Assembly (NCBI GenBank): GCA_964620245.1
Contig: CAZUJC010000004.1
Coordinates: 1 to 58,055, forward strand
DNA length: 58,055 nt
Direction of reading: 5' to 3'
Origin: an uncultured Pseudomonadota bacterium
GTDB taxonomy: Bacteria; Babelota; Babeliae; Babelales; JACPOV01
Below the pieces are notes generated by a model. That model saw only the letters and a program-made list of their open reading frames with translations. It was not told where the DNA came from and did no database searches. Both the position numbers and the translations under genes were made by a program. Shown piece after piece: positions 20,703-31,200 of the stretch (position 1 is its first letter; every line of letters begins with the position of its first letter).

Positions 20703-21437
20703 ATGAAAAAAATTATTTTAAGAGTATCTACTCTTCTCGCGTTTACTTTAATCAGCTCACTTTCACTCGATGCTGTTGCAATTAAAGGAATGACAAAAAT
20801 CACCAGCAAGCAACATCATGATGAAATTCTGGCTAAAGGTAAACCGGTTGTTATTATGTTTACCGCAGATTGGTGCGGTGCGTGTAAAATAGCAGCACCT
20901 GATTTTGAAAATGAATTGATTGCCGCTTATCCAGGCATTATTTTTACTTTTGTTGACGCAGATGTAGAAGCAACAAAAAGCTTAAAATCTCAATATGGGA
21001 TCCAAGCACTTCCAACATTTATTTTCATTGACTCAAAAGGAAATATAGTAAACTCAGTTCGCGGTTATCCAGGAAAAGATGCTATTAATGGTCATCTTGG
21101 TAGTTTGAATGGTGGTCGCGCTGCAATTACACCAATGAAAGATAAAATGCACGAAGAACCAATGCGCGAAGAAAAGCCGATGCAGAAAAAATCATCTCCA
21201 AAAAAAATGTCAAAAAAGGAAATGGCTGAGCCAATGAGCATGCCAGCTGCAAAACCATCGCGAAAAACAATGAAAACAAGTGAAATGATGGGTGAAGCTC
21301 CTGCTGCACAAACACGAAGAGAACGTAGCAAGTTATCAGGAAGAGAAGTAAGCGCAAAACGAGGCAAAATGGAATACGTTGATGCACAATCAATTCCAGC
21401 GGAACATAGAGGCTCATGCCCAATTTATGTGCCATAA
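20703..21437 (+). CDS. exported thioredoxin-domain protein with a K/M/P-rich C-terminal tail
   Basis: Signal peptide, FTADWCGAC, ALPTF; strong SD AAGGAG. Confidence 0.88.
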   Translation: MKKIILRVSTLLAFTLISSLSLDAVAIKGMTKITSKQHHDEILAKGKPVVIMFTADWCGACKIAAPDFENELIAAYPGIIFTFVDADVEATKSLKSQYGIQALPTFIFIDSKGNIVNSVRGYPGKDAINGHLGSLNGGRAAITPMKDKMHEEPMREEKPMQKKSSPKKMSKKEMAEPMSMPAAKPSRKTMKTSEMMGEAPAAQTRRERSKLSGREVSAKRGKMEYVDAQSIPAEHRGSCPIYVP

Positions 21438-21445
21438 TATAAAAT

Positions 21446-21502
21446 AACTTCAGTAATAAAAAAAGCCTGGCGAATAACCAGGCTTTTTTTATTACTGAAG
21501 TT
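21446..21502. terminator. bidirectional terminator (25-bp perfect inverted repeat)
   Basis: AACTTCAGTAATAAAAAAAGCCTGG-N7-CCAGGCTTTTTTTATTACTGAAGTT. Confidence 0.9.
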
Positions 21503-21511
21503 TGTGATTAA

Positions 21512-21808
21512 TTATTTTTGTGAACCGCGCTCTTGCATTTCTCTGAGCACCTTACATATAATTTGCTCATTAGCTCGAAATTTTAACAGTCCCCACGAAT
21601 CGATAAATTTTCTTGAGCCATTACAATATTCTTTCAAATTTTTTAAAAGAATTACTGCTTCTTCATTACCAAGTTCTGCTGTTTCTTCCAATATTTCAAA
21701 CATTTCTTCATAATTTCGTTGAATTTCTAATCGTACATTATTATTAGAAAAAACATTAAAACTACATACCAAAAGCAAAGCGAAAAACAAAATCGTTTTT
21801 TTAAACAT
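21512..21808 (-). CDS. small secreted hypothetical protein
   Basis: Signal peptide MFKKTILFFALLLVCSFNVFS; lies directly downstream of hppA. Confidence 0.65.
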   Translation of the reverse strand: MFKKTILFFALLLVCSFNVFSNNNVRLEIQRNYEEMFEILEETAELGNEEAVILLKNLKEYCNGSRKFIDSWGLLKFRANEQIICKVLREMQERGSQK

Positions 21809-21827
21809 TATCTCGTCCCATCAATAA

Positions 21828-23810
21828 TCAACGTGATACCAATAACAATGAAACGATCGACATTAATTTAATTAAAATATTAAGCGATGGACCTGAAGTA
21901 TCTTTAAATGGGTCGCCTACCGTATCACCAATAACAGCAGCTTTGTGCGCATCAGAACCTTTGCCACCAACATTGCCTGCTTCAATATATTTTTTTGCAT
22001 TATCCCACGCACCACCACCATTGGACATCATCAGTGCAAGCATAATACCTACAACTGTTGCACCAACAAGTAATCCACCAACAGCAGCTTTGCCCATTAA
22101 GAAATTGATAATTAAAGGCAATGTGAGGGTAATTAAACCGGGCCACAACATCTCACGAAGTGATGCTTTTGTACTGATTGCAATGCAACGTTTATAGTCA
22201 GGTTGTGCGCGGCCTTCCATAAGACCTGGAATTTCTTTAAATTGACGGCGCACTTCTATTACCATTTGCAATGCTGCTTTACCAACTGAACGCATAGTAA
22301 GCGCAGAAATTAAGAATGGCAATGTGCCACCAATAAACATTCCCGCGAGAACAAATGGATCAATAATATTAAGAACATCATTTAAATTCGCTTCTTTTGC
22401 ATACGCTGAAAAGAGCGCAAGGGCAGTTAAAAGAGCTGAGCCAATTGCAAATCCTTTACCCATTGCCGCTGTCGTATTGCCGAGCGCATCGAGATGGTCA
22501 GTAATTTTGCGTACTTCATGACCAAGGCCAGCCATTTCTGCTATACCACCAGCATTATCAGCAATCGGCCCATATGCATCCACCGTCATAGAGATTCCAA
22601 CTGTTGCAAGCATCGCCAATGCAGCCAATGAAACGCCGTAAACGCCACCGCCAAAGAAAAACGAAAGTAGTACAGCAAGAACCAGAATTATCACGGGTGC
22701 AACTACCGATTCCATGCCAACCGAAAGACCATATATCAAGTTAGTTGCTGCACCAGAGCGCGAAATGTCGGCCAACCTTCTAATTGGCGCACCACCAGTG
22801 TAATATTCAGTGATGGTACCAATAACCATGCCACACAAGCAACCAATAATAATTGACCCAAGCAAATACATGTCCATATGAGCAAAATACAAATAGAGCC
22901 CAACAAGGAGTACCAGTACCGCGGAGGCAACAAAATTTGCATTGCGCAATTTTGCCGCAGGATGCAATGATGAAAACGAATTAACTACCAAGCCAACTAC
23001 CGAACCTATTAATCCAAACGAAATAACTAAAAGGGGGAAAATTAAATAGGTAAAGTTATTATACGCAGGAGTTGTTGTTGCTAAAATAATTGCTGAAACA
23101 GTCGCACCTACATATGACTCGTAAATATCGGCACCCATTCCTGCAGTATCACCCACATTATCACCAACGTTGTCAGCAATAACGGCTGGATTACGTGGGT
23201 CATCTTCAGGAATTCCTGCTTCAACTTTACCAACAAGATCGGCGCCAACATCGGCAGATTTAGTGAAAATACCACCACCAACTCGTGCAAAAAAAGCAAC
23301 CAAGCTCGCTCCAAGCGCAAAACTTGTCAGAAGCTGCAACAGCAAAATAGTATTGCCGACATAAAAATAAAAAATGGCACCCAATCCCAAAAGGCCAAAA
23401 CTTGCTACAGCAAATCCCATAACACCGCCACCAAAAAAAGCGATCATAAAGGCTGCAGATTCGCCACTGTTTTTTGCCGCCATCGTTGTGCGAACGTTAG
23501 CAAGAGTTGCAGCGCGCATACCTATAAAACCTGTAGAAAGTGACAAAAGTGCACCAAAAATAAACGCGCCTGCTGCCAAAGGAGATAGGAAATAACCAAG
23601 AACTACCGCAACAATAAGAGCAACTACCGCAATAATTTTGTATTCCTCAATTAGAAAAGTCATTGCACCATCACGGATTGCTTTCGCAATTGATGTTGCT
23701 TTTTCATGATCGACCGAAATCGACGTAATTTTGTTGAATAAATAAAGCATAACGCCGATACCAAGTAACCCAGACGCGGCAATTATCCCGTAATAGCCAA
23801 GATATTCCAT
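21828..23810 (-). CDS. hppA: membrane-integral ion-pumping pyrophosphatase, K+-dependent type
   Basis: [22 protein letters not shown] (Ala form), [15 protein letters not shown]. Confidence 0.95.
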   Translation of the reverse strand: MEYLGYYGIIAASGLLGIGVMLYLFNKITSISVDHEKATSIAKAIRDGAMTFLIEEYKIIAVVALIVAVVLGYFLSPLAAGAFIFGALLSLSTGFIGMRAATLANVRTTMAAKNSGESAAFMIAFFGGGVMGFAVASFGLLGLGAIFYFYVGNTILLLQLLTSFALGASLVAFFARVGGGIFTKSADVGADLVGKVEAGIPEDDPRNPAVIADNVGDNVGDTAGMGADIYESYVGATVSAIILATTTPAYNNFTYLIFPLLVISFGLIGSVVGLVVNSFSSLHPAAKLRNANFVASAVLVLLVGLYLYFAHMDMYLLGSIIIGCLCGMVIGTITEYYTGGAPIRRLADISRSGAATNLIYGLSVGMESVVAPVIILVLAVLLSFFFGGGVYGVSLAALAMLATVGISMTVDAYGPIADNAGGIAEMAGLGHEVRKITDHLDALGNTTAAMGKGFAIGSALLTALALFSAYAKEANLNDVLNIIDPFVLAGMFIGGTLPFLISALTMRSVGKAALQMVIEVRRQFKEIPGLMEGRAQPDYKRCIAISTKASLREMLWPGLITLTLPLIINFLMGKAAVGGLLVGATVVGIMLALMMSNGGGAWDNAKKYIEAGNVGGKGSDAHKAAVIGDTVGDPFKDTSGPSLNILIKLMSIVSLLLVSR

Positions 23811-24121
23811 ATAATTTGTTCTCCTACATCAAGAATAGAAAGTGCAAAATGATGATTATTTATCGTAATTGCAAATCGATTTTTTGTAAAGATGATCCCA
23901 GCAGCGGCTCATTTTTATCAATTTGTAGGTTATAAAAGAGCATTAGTATCATCGCAACAAATGCATATTTGAATTTTTTGTTATGGATTGATTTGAAATT
24001 ATTTATTTATAATCATCAAAGAGCATATTTAATTTTCATATATTCAACAAAGCTGGTGTATACTTTTTACAAATCTGTTATGTTGGATAATTGTTTAGGG
24101 ACACATAATTTAATTTTTCTT

Positions 24122-25300
24122 ATGCTTCATTTTGCTCGTTTATATTCACTGTTTTTTTTCACACCGCCATTGCTCTGGATTTCGTGCGCGTACATTGGTG
24201 GTATTTTACTCATCTATTATTTCAACTCGATCCTTTTTTTATCGTTAATGTCTTCAATTTTATGCGTAGGTACTCTGGCCGCATTCAAAATCATTAACGA
24301 TTTACGTCCGTATATTATTTTATTATTAATCGGTCCCGCATTTTTTTGCGGAGGCATTCTTTATCAACGACAAATAAATTCGTATGAACAGTTTTTAAAA
24401 CAAATGAGCGCACAACTAATCAATTGCACCGTGACTATTAATGATATTAATACAATTGACCACCCACGTTTCCGCAATCTGGTAAGTGCAACAATTGAAA
24501 ATGCACAATTTGCCGAAACGCAAAAATGTATTGCGACAAATAATCAATCATTATTGATTTATACCGCGCAACACGTTCCATTTTGCATTGGTGATAGCAT
24601 TTCATTGAGTAATATAAAAATTAAAAATGCCTCATCTCATTCGTTGTTGCATTTTTTTATTAAAGAAGGAATCGTTGGAACAATTGTTGCAAATTTTGAT
24701 GAAGCAAAACTAGTAATGCATCCAAAGATATCGTTCTCTCGGATGCTTTTTGAAAAAAAGATTAACAATTTTCGCATGTTGCAAAAAAAACTTTCGCGTT
24801 CCAGTTTTACTTTTTTTTCGTCATTTTTTTTAGGCAATCGCCGAATAAACAAAAAAGAAAACGATGAATTAAAGTATCAGTGCAAATATTGGGGGATTTC
24901 ACACTATCTAGCACGATCGGGACTTCATTTAGTGATTTTTATTATGGCGTGGGAATATATTCTTCGATTTCTTCCTATTTTTTTTCTCTTAAAACAAATA
25001 CTGCTGATAGTAATCACTGTGATTTATTTTATTCTTACCTGGAACAGCGTTTCATTTTTCCGCGCATTTTTAACATTTATGCTTTATAAATTGTACCTTT
25101 TTAGAAATGTACAAATTCATACAGTGCATGCAATCGTATTAATTACATTTGTTGTTCTTGTTGCAAATCCTGCTCAACTTTTTTTTCTCGATTTTCAGCT
25201 CAGCTTTGGCATTACGTTCTTATTAGCGTGGATAAATCACTTCAAAAAAATTATGCGAACACAGCAGCTGCAAAACTCTTCCATTATCAAACCATATTAA
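24122..25300 (+). CDS. comEC: ComEC/Rec2 competence channel (no metallo-beta-lactamase domain)
   Basis: GISHYLARSGLH, RA motif, NP...FQLSF; start probably ATG 24122 (24080 is the alternative). Confidence 0.85.
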   Translation: MLHFARLYSLFFFTPPLLWISCAYIGGILLIYYFNSILFLSLMSSILCVGTLAAFKIINDLRPYIILLLIGPAFFCGGILYQRQINSYEQFLKQMSAQLINCTVTINDINTIDHPRFRNLVSATIENAQFAETQKCIATNNQSLLIYTAQHVPFCIGDSISLSNIKIKNASSHSLLHFFIKEGIVGTIVANFDEAKLVMHPKISFSRMLFEKKINNFRMLQKKLSRSSFTFFSSFFLGNRRINKKENDELKYQCKYWGISHYLARSGLHLVIFIMAWEYILRFLPIFFLLKQILLIVITVIYFILTWNSVSFFRAFLTFMLYKLYLFRNVQIHTVHAIVLITFVVLVANPAQLFFLDFQLSFGITFLLAWINHFKKIMRTQQLQNSSIIKPY

Positions 25301-25340
25301 ACTATTCTTATTTATATACGAGCTTTAAGGGGGTGTCATA

Positions 25341-26774
25341 ATGATGGGAATTACACGATTTTTATTGTATATACTCTGTACCTTTTTTTTGTATGCAACA
25401 AACGCAACAACGGTCAATCATCTTGCCAGTGCACTTGAAAACCAAATAGAAAACCCTGAAACGCTTCATGTTGTTCCAGCCGACATTCAACCAACAAAAC
25501 TAGTAACTCACGAAAAAGAGTGGACAATTCTCACGTATATGGCAGCCGACAACGATCTTGCACCCTATGCTCGCAAAAACTTAAAACAACAAGCAGATGT
25601 AGGATCAAACAATCGCATCAACATAGTTACACAACTTGATACACGAATCGGGCCACATAACAAAATAACCAAACGTTATTATATTGAAAAAGACAAATTA
25701 ATCGTTAAAAATCTCAACGATCCTGCGACGCAACGAATGGACAGTGGTTCTCCGGAAACACTCATCGATTTTTGTGGGTGGGCGATTAAGCATTTCCCCG
25801 CTCGTTATTATATGCTTGTACTCTGGAATCACGGCACAGGCATTATTGATATTGGCAGACCGCGAAGCATTAATCCAGTGCAGCTTTTCTTTTTTAATCC
25901 CGAAACACATTTGATTGAACTCGACAGAACCATTCCTTTTCTTGATTTTGTCCAAGCTATTCAAGACAACGATCCGCGCGCTATTTGTTTTGACGACACA
26001 ACCGGACACTATATTTCAAATCAAGGCCTTGATCGTGCTCTGCGCGAAATTACGCAACGATTTTTAGGAGGGAAAAAATTAACCATTGTTGCGTTTGATG
26101 CATGCTTGATGTCGATGGTAGAAATTGCAAATATCGTAAAAGATTACGCAGAAATTATGGTCAGCTCTCAAGAAGTCGAGCTCGGGCCTGGTTACGATTA
26201 TCGCCGAGCATTAACACCTGTTGCAGAGCGTTTGCTTAAACCGGCCGAATTTGCTCGCTCACTCGTTAGCTCTTTTGAGCAAACATATTTCAATATTACA
26301 AACGACTTCACCCAGTCAGCAATTGATCTAGAATATATGGGTGCACTAGAAAAAAACATTAATGCGATTGGCAATCTTCTTAATGAATCACTCAGCTTGC
26401 AATACGCAACTACAATTCGAGACATTATCAAATCGTGCAGGCACAAAATGCTCTGCACTCATTTTGATGAGCCAGCCTACCTTGACCTTCATCATCTTTA
26501 TAGCAATATTCTTTCAAATCTAGTGCACTTTAAATTTAATGATGCCAACAAGGGAAACATGATTGTTATGAACCTACGAGAGCATTTACAACTAGGCCTC
26601 AAATTGATTGAAAAAATGGTTATTGCGAATGCGACTGGTAAAAATCTGGCTCGCGCAAAAGGTATTTCAATATATTTTCCAGAACGAGCTCTCCACTCTT
26701 CATACCACCGCACAAAATTCTCAACAAGCAACAACTGGTACAATTTTTTGATTACCTACTTATCACTTCCCTGA
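25341..26774 (+). CDS. secreted clostripain-family (C11) cysteine peptidase
   Basis: EWT...YMAADNDL, WNHG, FDACLM, GISIYFP; signal peptide. Confidence 0.9.
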   Translation: MMGITRFLLYILCTFFLYATNATTVNHLASALENQIENPETLHVVPADIQPTKLVTHEKEWTILTYMAADNDLAPYARKNLKQQADVGSNNRINIVTQLDTRIGPHNKITKRYYIEKDKLIVKNLNDPATQRMDSGSPETLIDFCGWAIKHFPARYYMLVLWNHGTGIIDIGRPRSINPVQLFFFNPETHLIELDRTIPFLDFVQAIQDNDPRAICFDDTTGHYISNQGLDRALREITQRFLGGKKLTIVAFDACLMSMVEIANIVKDYAEIMVSSQEVELGPGYDYRRALTPVAERLLKPAEFARSLVSSFEQTYFNITNDFTQSAIDLEYMGALEKNINAIGNLLNESLSLQYATTIRDIIKSCRHKMLCTHFDEPAYLDLHHLYSNILSNLVHFKFNDANKGNMIVMNLREHLQLGLKLIEKMVIANATGKNLARAKGISIYFPERALHSSYHRTKFSTSNNWYNFLITYLSLP

Positions 26775-26801
26775 GAATTTAATAGACCTATTAAAACAAA
26801 T

Positions 26802-26838
26802 AAAAAAAGTGTTGCCCAAATCAAGCAGCACTTTTTTT
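26802..26838 (+). terminator. intrinsic terminator
   Basis: AAAAAAAGTGTTGC/GCAGCACTTTTTTT stem with a U-tract. Confidence 0.75.
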
Positions 26839-26890
26839 GCAATTTTGTTAAACTGCATACCAAGTAACACTTTTTACATAACAGGCAATT

Positions 26891-27478
26891 ATGGATCCTA
26901 AATCGTATAAACAAACACTTCTCAATCAACTTTATGAACCATACAAAAACTGCACAATGTGCCCGCTTGGCACATTGGGACGCAAATCGGTCGTATTTGG
27001 CGAAGGCGACCCAGATGCAAACTTAATGTTTATTGGTGAAGGACCGGGACGGGATGAAGATGAGCAAGGGCGACCTTTTGTTGGAAGGTCCGGACAGCTT
27101 TTGACACGCACATTAGCTGCGCACAATACAAAACGAGAAAATGTTTTTATTTCTAATATTGTTAAATGTCGCCCCCCTGACAACCGAACCCCGACAGAGT
27201 TAGAAAGCACTACCTGCAAAAAACTTTTGCTCGAAAAACAAATTAAAATCATACGGCCTGCCGTTATTTGCACTCTTGGCTCAACCGCACTTACTCATTT
27301 AACTGGAAAACAGTTTAAAATTACGAGCACCAGAGGTAAAATACTCGAACAAGATGGAGTTATGGTCATTCCCACCTATCATCCAGCATACATCTTGAGA
27401 AACCCATCAGAAATTTCAACATTTTCCAATGATATTAAATTTGCTCTTGAACAAGCCCAAACTAGACAAATAAAATAA
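26891..27478 (+). CDS. uracil-DNA glycosylase, family 4 (Fe-S)
   Basis: CTMC, GEGPG, GRPFVG, NIVKCRPP, YHPAY. Confidence 0.93.
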   Translation: MDPKSYKQTLLNQLYEPYKNCTMCPLGTLGRKSVVFGEGDPDANLMFIGEGPGRDEDEQGRPFVGRSGQLLTRTLAAHNTKRENVFISNIVKCRPPDNRTPTELESTTCKKLLLEKQIKIIRPAVICTLGSTALTHLTGKQFKITSTRGKILEQDGVMVIPTYHPAYILRNPSEISTFSNDIKFALEQAQTRQIK

Positions 27479-27491
27479 TTCACATAGAAAT

Positions 27492-27810
27492 TGTGGATAA
27501 CCTGTGGATAACCTGTGGATAACCTGTGGATAACTTTGTCTAGATTTTAATAAAAACTGACTAGGTCAAAGATTAAGCGCCCCCGAGATATCAATACAAT
27601 GATCTATTAATCACTTTGGCAAGAAAAAAATATTCTTAAAAAAAGATGTCCACAATCTGTCCACAAGTTATCCACAGGTTATCCACAATTGCATGGCGCT
27701 CTAAAAGAATTAACTACTCATTGTTTTCTGATATTTTATGCCAAGTTATCCACAATTTTGAGCTCACCTATTACTACTAGTTTAAAGAAAGAGAAATATA
27801 ATAAGTATGA
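27492..27810. other. probable chromosomal replication origin (oriC)
   Basis: TGTGGATAA at 27492, 27503, 27514 and 27525; inverted boxes at 27646 and 27657 (degenerate) and 27668, 27679, 27746 (TTATCCACA); DnaA-trio-like CTATTACTACTA at 27768-27779; AT-rich tract after. Confidence 0.88.
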
Positions 27811-27914
27811 TAATAGGCATTCTTGCTTTGCGATGGCACATCTTCTTTTATTTATTTAATTTTTTGCTACACTTATATAAAGTCTTATTTAATTTTTCGA
27901 TCATAAGGAACCCT

Positions 27915-28985
27915 GTGAAACTTGCACAAGTAATCGAGGAACTCATAGAAGAGAGAGGCCTTGATCGTTCTCTTTTAAGTTCTATTATTTGCGAAGGACT
28001 GATGGCTGCATATACCAAGCGGTTCCCTGAGCTTACATTTGACATTTCATACAACAAAAAAAGTGATGAAATTGAAATAAAAGTACGCAAGACGGTTGTT
28101 GCGTCTGTCAGCGACGAAGACATAGAAATTTCTCTGAGAAAAGCTCGCACCCTTGATCCTAGTGTTGAAGTGGGCGGCGAGGTATGGGTTCCATTTGAAG
28201 GAAAGATTGGACGCATAGAAATTTTGCGCGCAAAACAAGTAATAGCAACAAAAATCCGTGGCGTTGAAGCTGCCGCTATTTATAATCAATACAAAGACAG
28301 AAAAGATACCATCGTCCATGGTACCATTCATAAATGCGAACGCAATGGAATGTCGCTTAAGATTGATGAAACTTTAGCTTTTCTGCCACATTCGCTCTCT
28401 TTACCCACAGATAAATGTGTTGTTGGTTATTCTATTCGTGCACTACTCAAAGAAGTTTTGACAGAACCACGCAACGATTATCAGCTTATTCTTGATCGCG
28501 CATCGGTTGATTTTGTACGAATATTATTTGAGCTAGAAATTCCCGAAATTTTTGAAAAAATTGTTGAAATCAAAAAAATTGTGCGCATTCCTGGGTATAA
28601 AACCAAGGTTGCCGTTGTTTCGCACGAAAAAAATATTGACCCTGTTGGAACTTGCGTAGGAGTTGGTGGGGTGCGTATTAAGCCAATTTTAAAAGAGCTG
28701 GGTGGTGAGAAAATAGACGTGATCCCTTGGCGCGAATCAGTGGAAGATATGATTGCAGATGCACTTAAGCCCGCTATCATTAGCAGGGTTGAGCTTGTGG
28801 GCATAGCCGCAGCGCAAGTTTGGCTTGATGAAGATCAGCGATCGTTAGCAATAGGTAAAATGGGACAAAATATAGCACTTGCGTCTCAGTTGGTTGGTTT
28901 GAATATTAATCTTGTACAGAGTGAAAAAACCACACAACAACGTGATGCTGAGCTAGACGAACAGATTGATGAAGCAGTTGAATAA
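27915..28985 (+). CDS. nusA: transcription termination factor NusA
   Basis: GRIEILRAKQ, ELEIPEI, DPVGTCVG, GEKID, AIGKMGQN; GTG start at 27915 behind AAGGA. Confidence 0.94.
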   Translation: MKLAQVIEELIEERGLDRSLLSSIICEGLMAAYTKRFPELTFDISYNKKSDEIEIKVRKTVVASVSDEDIEISLRKARTLDPSVEVGGEVWVPFEGKIGRIEILRAKQVIATKIRGVEAAAIYNQYKDRKDTIVHGTIHKCERNGMSLKIDETLAFLPHSLSLPTDKCVVGYSIRALLKEVLTEPRNDYQLILDRASVDFVRILFELEIPEIFEKIVEIKKIVRIPGYKTKVAVVSHEKNIDPVGTCVGVGGVRIKPILKELGGEKIDVIPWRESVEDMIADALKPAIISRVELVGIAAAQVWLDEDQRSLAIGKMGQNIALASQLVGLNINLVQSEKTTQQRDAELDEQIDEAVE

Positions 28986-29013
28986 GTTATTATGTTGAGG
29001 ATACAATACATCT

Positions 29014-31098
29014 ATGCGTGTTTATGAATTTGCAAAATTGCTCAACGTTACAAATAAAGATTTGCTTACGCTTCTTGCCCAAAACGGCTTTGAGGTAAAA
29101 AGTCATATGGCTGCACTATCGTCAGAAGCTACAGAGTTTTTGAATAAAAAGCTGGAAGAGTCTAAAGCGCCAAAAAAACCAACGCATGAGTCGCTTAAAC
29201 AAGAGAAAAAAATCGAGACACAGCCTGCAGCGGTTGTTGCAGGTAAACCATCACCCCAAAAAGATTTTACTGTTAAAACAACAGAGCCCGCAAAAAAAAT
29301 GGAAATGAAAGAAGCAATCCAAGAGTTCAGGCATAAAGAGCATGCTGAAATAAAATCATCTCCTCAACCAAAAGAAATCATCAAAGAAGAAAAACCAATG
29401 GTTATTGAAATTTCCGCACAGCCGATGACTGTTGGACAATTAGCAGATAAATTCGGAAAAACATCAAGTGAATTAATTCTTGCACTTTTACGGCAAGGGG
29501 TTGTTTGTGCAAAAAACCAAACACTTTCTGAGAAAATGGTTGAATCGCTTGCTAAACAATTTGGCGTTGCATTAGTACATCAACAAGTTCACAAGCAAGA
29601 AATGCAGCCACGTGTTTCTGGTTCAACTGGAGAACAGGTGCGCAAGCCAATAGTTGTTGTCATAGGTCATGTTGACCATGGAAAAACAACATTGCTTGAT
29701 TTTATTCGGAAAACGCGTGTTGCTTCTCGCGAAAAAGGTGGCATTACTCAGCATTTGGGCGCATATCAAGCAGAAACTTCTCAGGGCAGTTTGGTGTTTT
29801 TAGATACGCCTGGGCACGAAGCTTTCAAAAATATTCGTGGGCGTGGACTTAATATTGCTGACATAGCAATTCTTGTTGTTGCAGCTGACGACAGCGTGAT
29901 GCCTCAAACAGTAGAAGCTATAAAAACTGCGCAGGCAGCGCACGTTCCTATTATTGTAGCTATTAATAAAGTAGATAAAGTTGAAAAGCAGCGACTAGAA
30001 GTTGTTAAGCGTGATTTAGCTCGCTATGAGCTTGTTTCGGAAGAATGGGGCGGGCAAACAATTTGTGTTCCGATTTCGGCAAAAACTGGTCAAGGTGTTG
30101 ATCAACTTCTAGAAATGATCGTATTGCAATCTCAAATGATGGATCTAAGAGCAAATGAAAATCAGTCGGCAGATGGATTTGTTTTAGAATCAAAAATTGA
30201 AAAAGGACGCGGGCCTGTTGCAACAATTATTTGTCGCCACGGAACACTGCGCATTGGTGATTTTTTTGTTTCGGGGACTGTTGCTGGAAAAGTGACATCT
30301 ATCACGAGCTCGAATGGGCAACAGTTAAAACAGGTGGGGCCTTCAATTCCTGTACAAGTGTCAGGTATTGCCGAGCTAGCGCAGGCTGGTGAGATCTTTA
30401 AGGTTATCTCTGAGCAAGATTATAGAAAAGCCAGGGATTCTCATTCGGCGATATCTCAGTTGATCTTGCCCAAAAAAGTGTTTGGTGTCGAAGGTTTAAA
30501 TATTATTGTTAAAACTGACAGTGTGTTGACCCAGGAAGCTTTGGTCGATTCGCTCATAAAAATGGCGGATAAAAATAAGCAACCTTTCAATGTTATTGCT
30601 GCCGGCGTTGGTGATATTTCTGAAAGCGATGTTACTTTAGCGAGTGATACTGGCGCTGAAATTATCGGATTGCACGTAAAAGTTGAATCAAATGCGTCAA
30701 CCCAAGCTCAAAAATTAGCGATCACAATTCATCTTTATGACATTATTTACAAACTTTTGGAAGCGTTGGAAGAAAGACTTGAAAAAGCAGCGCCAATAAA
30801 AATGGTGGCAAAAAAAATTGGCGAAGCCGTAGTACGAAAAGTATTTGATATCAAGAACATTGGTATTATCGCTGGTTCGTATGTCAGAGAAGGGCGCTTT
30901 GTTCGTGATGCACGTGTTATTGTGTGGCGCGGCAAAAGAAAGATCGGTGAAGGAAAAATAAAAGGCCTTGAACGTGACCGTAAATCGGTAAAAGAAGTAC
31001 ATGCAGGGTTCGAATTTGCCTTTTTAGCTGACGGAATTGAAACGTGGGAAGTTGACGATCGCGTTGAATGCTTTATCGAAGTTCCAGAAAATAAATAA
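29014..31098 (+). CDS. infB: translation initiation factor IF-2
   Basis: MRVYEFAK, GHVDHGKT, GGITQH, DTPGHEAF, NKVD. Confidence 0.97.
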   Translation: MRVYEFAKLLNVTNKDLLTLLAQNGFEVKSHMAALSSEATEFLNKKLEESKAPKKPTHESLKQEKKIETQPAAVVAGKPSPQKDFTVKTTEPAKKMEMKEAIQEFRHKEHAEIKSSPQPKEIIKEEKPMVIEISAQPMTVGQLADKFGKTSSELILALLRQGVVCAKNQTLSEKMVESLAKQFGVALVHQQVHKQEMQPRVSGSTGEQVRKPIVVVIGHVDHGKTTLLDFIRKTRVASREKGGITQHLGAYQAETSQGSLVFLDTPGHEAFKNIRGRGLNIADIAILVVAADDSVMPQTVEAIKTAQAAHVPIIVAINKVDKVEKQRLEVVKRDLARYELVSEEWGGQTICVPISAKTGQGVDQLLEMIVLQSQMMDLRANENQSADGFVLESKIEKGRGPVATIICRHGTLRIGDFFVSGTVAGKVTSITSSNGQQLKQVGPSIPVQVSGIAELAQAGEIFKVISEQDYRKARDSHSAISQLILPKKVFGVEGLNIIVKTDSVLTQEALVDSLIKMADKNKQPFNVIAAGVGDISESDVTLASDTGAEIIGLHVKVESNASTQAQKLAITIHLYDIIYKLLEALEERLEKAAPIKMVAKKIGEAVVRKVFDIKNIGIIAGSYVREGRFVRDARVIVWRGKRKIGEGKIKGLERDRKSVKEVHAGFEFAFLADGIETWEVDDRVECFIEVPENK

Positions 31099-31200
31099 AA
31101 AAATCTAATAAACCTATCTCTGGTGTCTAGGTATTTTTTTTCATTTTTGGTATGATTTTTAACCAAAAATGAGAATCTGTTCCTGCAAAAAAAGGGCACC

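Noticed and set aside
23969..24079. N-terminal extension of comEC from the ORF track (likewise for nusA, rnhB, M23 and the WD40 gene)
   Set aside because: These extensions run through AT-rich or promoter DNA without an SD; downstream starts fit better.
27492..27533. 11-bp tandem repeat as a CRISPR array or VNTR
   Set aside because: No spacers or cas genes; each unit is a consensus DnaA box plus 2 bp.
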